From Lophium mytilinum (lineage: Eukaryota): a stretch of 64,000 bases of DNA. The number at the start of each line of letters is the position of its first letter. Within the stretch, counting starts at the first letter, position 1. The position numbers and the translations under genes were made by a program. The notes under the pieces are model-generated. The model was not told the DNA's origin. It did not search any database and saw only the letters and a list, made by a program, of their open reading frames with translations. Positions 58,900 to 64,000 of this stretch are shown one piece after another. The stretch spans positions 62,001-126,000 of the forward strand of contig MU004193.1 of the NCBI GenBank assembly GCA_010093605.1. The letters run 5' to 3'.

Positions 58900-59950
58900 A
58901 TAGATTCCAAATACCTTTCCCTTTTAACGTGGACGGGCGGAGGTGTTCTTCTCATATTAGGGCAGATCGAACGGCTCCGCGGGCTTGGCGGGCAGCGGCA
59001 CGTGATCCGCAGCCGTTTCTTCCTCCGCTGCGCTCAGGCGTCTCCCAAGTGCAATCTCCTTCTGGCGCAAGTAGGCGGTCCTAAGGTCCTAGTTGCGCAG
59101 ATACTAGAGGTCCTCCAGGTTCGTCTTTGTATAATGTGCCCACATCTCGTCTATAAAGCACCTGGATAACTCTCGCACGTAAGGAAGGATAAAGACGGCG
59201 ATGTTCTTGTGAGCAGCTTCTATGAAGCTGCGCATAAAGATGACTGTGAGCTCTTGGGCCCCGGGTCCTTTGAGTAGGCCCAAGCATCCTCCCACTTGTT
59301 ATCGAGTCTATCCAGGTTGATCTCAGCTGTTGGTTCCCGGTCAAGGCATGGAGTTCGTTCCCATGTTGGGTACCTTCACCTAGTGTCGTCCACGAAGAGC
59401 TAGCACCCCTAATGACCGTTGTCGTAGACATCTGCTAGACATTTCCAGCAGAATACGTGGTTGCAACGGCGACCTATTTGCGTTATTAGCAATTAAAAAC
59501 TTCCTGTTAGTCGAGCAACGTACAGTCTTTTCAACTAGTTTGGCCGTTTTCACCACGCCGAGCACATGTAGTGTCACATTTAGGACATTGTCTTATCGTT
59601 GTGTTGCCGCACCCTTGATAACCGTAGTTGTGGAATGGTTCTAGACATTTCTAGCAGAATACGTGCTCGCAACGGCGACCTGTTTGTGTTGTTAGCAATT
59701 GGCACCTTCTCTAAGTCAAGCAACTTACAGGTCCGAAGGGTCCAGGTAGGCGGCCCTAAGGTCCCAGTTGCGGAGAGATTGGAGGTCCTCCAGGTTCGTC
59801 CCTGTATGCTGTGCTAACAGAGAGTTGTACGGTGCTGCTTTAGCGCCGCTTGCTGGGATCGGGCGCAAATTGTTGTCCTGTTCTAGCGCCAGATACCAGA
59901 TGTGGTCGCGCAGCTCTCGTAGGACGGCCAAATCTCGTCTGTGATGCACC
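58900..59950 (-). pseudogene. mosaic of duplicated, partly RIP-mutated gene fragments (F-box-like start)
   Basis: LRELRDHIWYLAL start. TNLEDLQSLRNWDLRAAYL (59746-59814) is duplicated as TNLEDL*YLRN*DLRTAYL (59071-59140). The splice acceptor plus exon SPLxxRILLEMS is duplicated (59640-59700 and 59434-59495). Confidence 0.6.
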
Positions 59951-61208
59951 CGAATGACTCTCGAGAGGCCAAATGCTACGTCTCGTACCTCGGGGCCTGC
60001 GGAGCGATAGGTGTGACACCCCTGCCACGAACTTCAGCGGGCCGATGGCGAAAGACAACATTCATGATGTGCCATCGCGGAATGCAGAGTCGACCCCGCG
60101 TCGCCACTGGCCGGCTGAAGTGCTGCCACGTTGAATGTTAGTCCTTGGTCGGGTTTGAAGGGTTTCTTTCGACTTACTTATATATAGGTATATATAAACG
60201 GAGTGTTGTGATAAAGAAAGGTGGAGGAAGGGTAGGTATATATAAAAGAAGGCGTCATCGCATCTTGCAAAGAGAGGGGAGAGAGGAGATAGGTGCAAGA
60301 AAGGAAAGATGCTCGGCCTTAGTAGGAGATCGGATGAAAGGTAAAAGAATACAACATGGGTGGGAGCTGAGGTTTATAAAGACTCCCGTGGCCAAACATC
60401 CTATCTCTAGAGGTCCGCACAGCAATGACGATCTCGTGGCGACACGCTGGATTGCTTCGTGCGTCGTCGGTAAACCTTGGGTCGACGACTCGGGTCCAGA
60501 GACGGGAAGCTGAAACAGCCCCACCTCTCGACCCAGGGAAGAATGTTTGCTACCCCCCGCCATGGTTACACAGAATTTGAGAGCAATGGCAGCATGGACA
60601 ATAATAGTAGAAGCCAATCTTCAAGTACCCGAAACAGGGTCACGCTAAACGTACCCATTTAAAAGTAGAAAAGAGGATCGCAGTAGAGAAATGACGGAAC
60701 TTGCCTGACCTACTTCCCAGATGCGATACTGACCGCTATTACGGCTCGAGGCAGGAAGCATAGACCCACGCAGGAAGTACGGTCTTCAGCGACCCCATGT
60801 GCGGCTCGTCGCCTATCGTGTACAACAAGGATATTGCCAGGGTATGCAGTTGGCCTAGAGATGTACGGGCGCTACTGGGAGAAGACTGTACTCGAGAATG
60901 CCAGTCTCTGCAGCCAGGTGGGAATAGCAGATACTCACTAAACGCAGACCCTAGCATTGTGTTAACTAAACATAATGAATTGCGGAATGAGTTGAAAAAA
61001 GCTTAGTAGAGAAGGATTTCGCCAAGACCGAGGAAGAGTGAGACCCAAACCTGAAGCCAGCACTCGCCCCATCAAGCTACGAATCACAACGACTCATTTT
61101 TGTGCAGACAGAATAAGGCAGCCAATGCAATTTACCGAAAAACTCTGGCGGGACCCACCATCCGCCTTCCGCAAGCCCTTCTTGAGACGCATGAAACAGA
61201 AGACCCAC

Positions 61209-61436
61209 GGAGAAGCAAACAGCAGCCGTCCCAATTCAGCACCCACCTGCAAGATCTCAACCGAGGTAAGAGTCATCATGTCCTCAATGTTCGACCGGAA
61301 GCCCTTCCCGGCGTCTGAAACGAAAAGACTCACAGAGAAGCAAACAGCAGCCGTCCCAATTTAGCACCCACCTGCAAGATCCCAACCGAGCAAAGAGTCA
61401 TCCCATCCTCAAACTCCAACTGGAAACCCTCCCCGA
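61209..61436. repeat. direct repeat, ~100 bp x2 (~126-bp period)
   Basis: gagaagcaaacagcagccgtcccaatt(c/t)agcacccacctgcaagatc(t/c)caaccgag at ~61210 and ~61335. Confidence 0.85.
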
Positions 61437-62264
61437 CGCCCGTGCAACCCACAACGAGAGCGACAAAAAAAAGTTGAGAACGTGTCGCTTCCGTGTAACC
61501 TACCACAGCCTCCCCGATCTGCAACCTCCCAACCTCCCAACCGCCCTCCGATCCGTAACATCCAACCGGAACCCCTTCCCACGGCCCGTGAAACCCCGTA
61601 CCCGAGAATCCGCAGAAAGCCACGCCAAGAGCAAGAGTCGAAGTCAACAACACGAAGCTATCGTGTAACGTACCACAGCCGCGTGGTCTGTGCAAGTGTC
61701 ACCGGGAGGCTTCAGACGACATCCCGAAGCCTCACTCGGACTCCTCCGCCCAAACGCCGTCTCTTTTCCGGGTGGCAAGAGTGACACCAGCGGCATTTCC
61801 CGCGGAAATGTTACATTCGTCGCTGCTGTCCGTTTCGGCGGTCGAGGGTTAGCGAGGCTGTGTCACGCTGCGTGGATAGTAACCTGGCTGAAGCCATGAA
61901 CGCCGCTACCCGTGACTCTAGGCCGCTGTGGATCGCCGATCGCTTCACCGGTTGTGCTGGGGCGTTCGGGAGCGTTTGGACAACTGATGTTTGTGTCGGC
62001 GAGTTGAGGCCTAGTCGTAGCGCGAGGGGTGAGATGCAGTCTGCATGATGCACATAGGTGGTTTGAGTTGGAGATGCTGTCGTCGCGTATACCAAGGCGA
62101 TACCGAAAACTAGGGATTCCAAAATGCGATACCCATAGAAAGATGATGAGGCAATAATTTTATTGAATGATGTTCGAATACAGTTGGCGTTGAAGCACGT
62201 GAGAATCCACTCACAGCAATCCCCGCATCATCGAAGCAGGCAGTCTGCTTGCCTGCCTCCAGCT

Positions 62265-63959
62265 CTACCTCCTCCTCACCCGATCCCCACTCGCCTCCTT
62301 AGTCGCCTGCGCCGCAGCTTCAGGCCCGAGATCCAACCTCAACTTCCTCAACCTCTCCGTAATAGCCGCCTTCTTCACCATCTCCTCATCATACATCTTA
62401 TCCAGCTCCGCAGCCCTCTTGAGCATCTGCTGGCGCAGCCCTTCCTCTTGATCCTGCGTCGCGAGCGACTCGCCACTACTACTGACAGGCAATTGAGCGC
62501 TGCCTTCGCTCGGCGAGATCGCCTTCTTCTTGCCTTTGACAATGTGCGCCCCCCACTGCGCAGCGCACTGCTTGGCGTCCTTTAGGTAGTCGAATTGCTG
62601 CTCGGAGGTGAGAACTTGGTAGAAAGCTTCCAGGGGCTCGTTGAACTCGACCACCTCGAGTAACTCGGAGCGCACGAAGCCTTCTCTCTTTTGCTTCTCC
62701 TTGGCAGCCTCGTCGCCGTAGGGCTCGAGCTGGAGGAAGTGGTTGCGGTATTGCGGCTTCTCGTTGCTGACGGGTTGGAAGAAGAGGCGGATGTCAACTT
62801 GGAAGCCGCCCCAGCCGGTTTCGGTGATCTCGTATGGCGGGTTCTCGTAGGCTGGATGTGACATTAGGCAAGGTTCAAGTCTTGTGGTGTGGGGGGAGGG
62901 TACCTCGTAGAGAGGGGCTGTAATCAGGATGGATCTTGAACGTGACCTTGTTCAGCCAGGTGCGCATGTCCGGCTGCCCTTCGGGGTGGCGTATGTATAT
63001 TGACCATCGCTTGGTGTGCTGCTCGGGGATTGAGGGGTCGCGCTTCGGGTCGCCTACGGGGGGGAGATCCGTGGCCTCTGAACCGATGACTGCGAGACTT
63101 GTTAGATGGGACTCGAGATGGAGGGAGACTGAAGACGTACTGATGTTGCGACTGACGCGCCTTTCCTGGAATGAAGATTAGTTCCGTTTAGCATGACCAA
63201 GTAGCAAAGTGACGTACCTTGACACGCTTGTTAGTAACAGGTGGCATATTGACGGTTTCCTTGAGAGTTTCTTTTCGCACAGGCTGTTTAAGAGCTGTCT
63301 TCGGAGCAGCCTTGGGAGCTGCCTTGGATATCGCAGGAGGCTTCGTAGCTGGGCGAGGCTGAGGGGTGGGCGTCACACGTGCGCGAGGGCGAGCAGCGGG
63401 GGGAGCTTTGGCGGGCAGAGGCGATGGGTGCTTGTCGGCCGGTGTCGCTGGCTGAGAAGATGAGCCGTTCGTCTCCTGCCCTCCGGACTTCCTGCGACGT
63501 CCCAGTGGCTCAATGTAGCGGGAGGTAAATGTGCTCTCTAGCTCTCTGTCGAGGCGGCTTTGCTTGGGACGCGATGCAGCATCACTATGGGGAGCTGGCT
63601 GCGTCGGCGCGGCTGGGGCTGGTCCGGGCAACGTGGCGGTGGGGAGAGCGTTCGACTGGCTCGTCCTGGGGTTCAAGGTGAGTATTAGCAGTTCTAGAGC
63701 CCCCCAAGAGCCGTGGGCGATGCGAGGGAATGATGGGTATGGGTTGGATGGATTGGCTCGGAAGGGTGGATGGAGCTGTGCGGTGCCGTGGTAAGGTGGA
63801 TTGTGTGTGTCCAAGAATCCGGATTATAACGTACGTGGTCTCTGTAGCTGGGCGTGTATCATGACTGTCGTTCCCCGAGGCTTCTGTGATGTTGGAGTAC
63901 GATGGAGGTGGTCGAGCATCGGAATGCCTTTTCGAGTCGCGCTGGTCGTCGGATGCCAT
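62265..63959 (-). CDS. YAF9: YEATS-domain protein Yaf9 (NuA4/SWR1 subunit), with probable N-terminal extension
   Basis: KRVK|ERRVSRNI|IIGSEA..HTKRWSIYIR..WLNKVTFKIH..|AYENPPYEITETGWGGFQVDIRLFF..HFLQLEPYG..EVVEFNEP, then a coiled coil. Exons 63959-63835, 63665-63218, 63165-63141, 63089-62904 and 62851-62265 are all in frame. The conserved-type start is at 63247. Confidence 0.92.
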
Positions 63960-64000
63960 TTTTGACGCCACAGCGCGGCCCGACTTTTCGGCTGGTCTGT

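Overview
Eukaryotic DNA from a RIP-competent filamentous ascomycete (GT-AG introns with CTRAC branch sites; RIP-type TpA-rich relic). Layout: (1) 1-~9.1 kb is a heavily RIP-mutated Ty3/Gypsy LTR retrotransposon on the minus strand, with a candidate extra coiled-coil ORF relic downstream of pol. (2) 9.7-15 kb holds an F-box-like gene and two Cys-rich secreted proteins; the larger has a Kex2-site-flanked amphipathic cationic C-terminal peptide. (3) 16-25 kb and 47-54 kb are two halves of an array of ~14 short, essentially intronless orphan genes in paralog families: J-domain + novel helical domain, W-motif families A/B, tail-anchored family C, and Arg-rich/acidic family D. Their promoters are strongly enriched for the HMG-box-type hexamer ACAATG. 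This is the best candidate for an undescribed system, possibly a sexual-stage regulon split by an inversion. (4) 25.8-46.4 kb holds conventional genes: Mid2-like membrane protein, HET-domain protein, 1-Cys peroxiredoxin head-to-head with a group X hybrid histidine kinase, Frm2/Hbn1 nitroreductase, sugar porter, and a RIP-inactivated DUF3632-like pseudogene. (5) 54.6-61.7 kb is decayed orphan genes and short duplications. (6) YAF9 has an apparent long N-terminal extension. All calls come from reading the sequence by eye; no searches were run.
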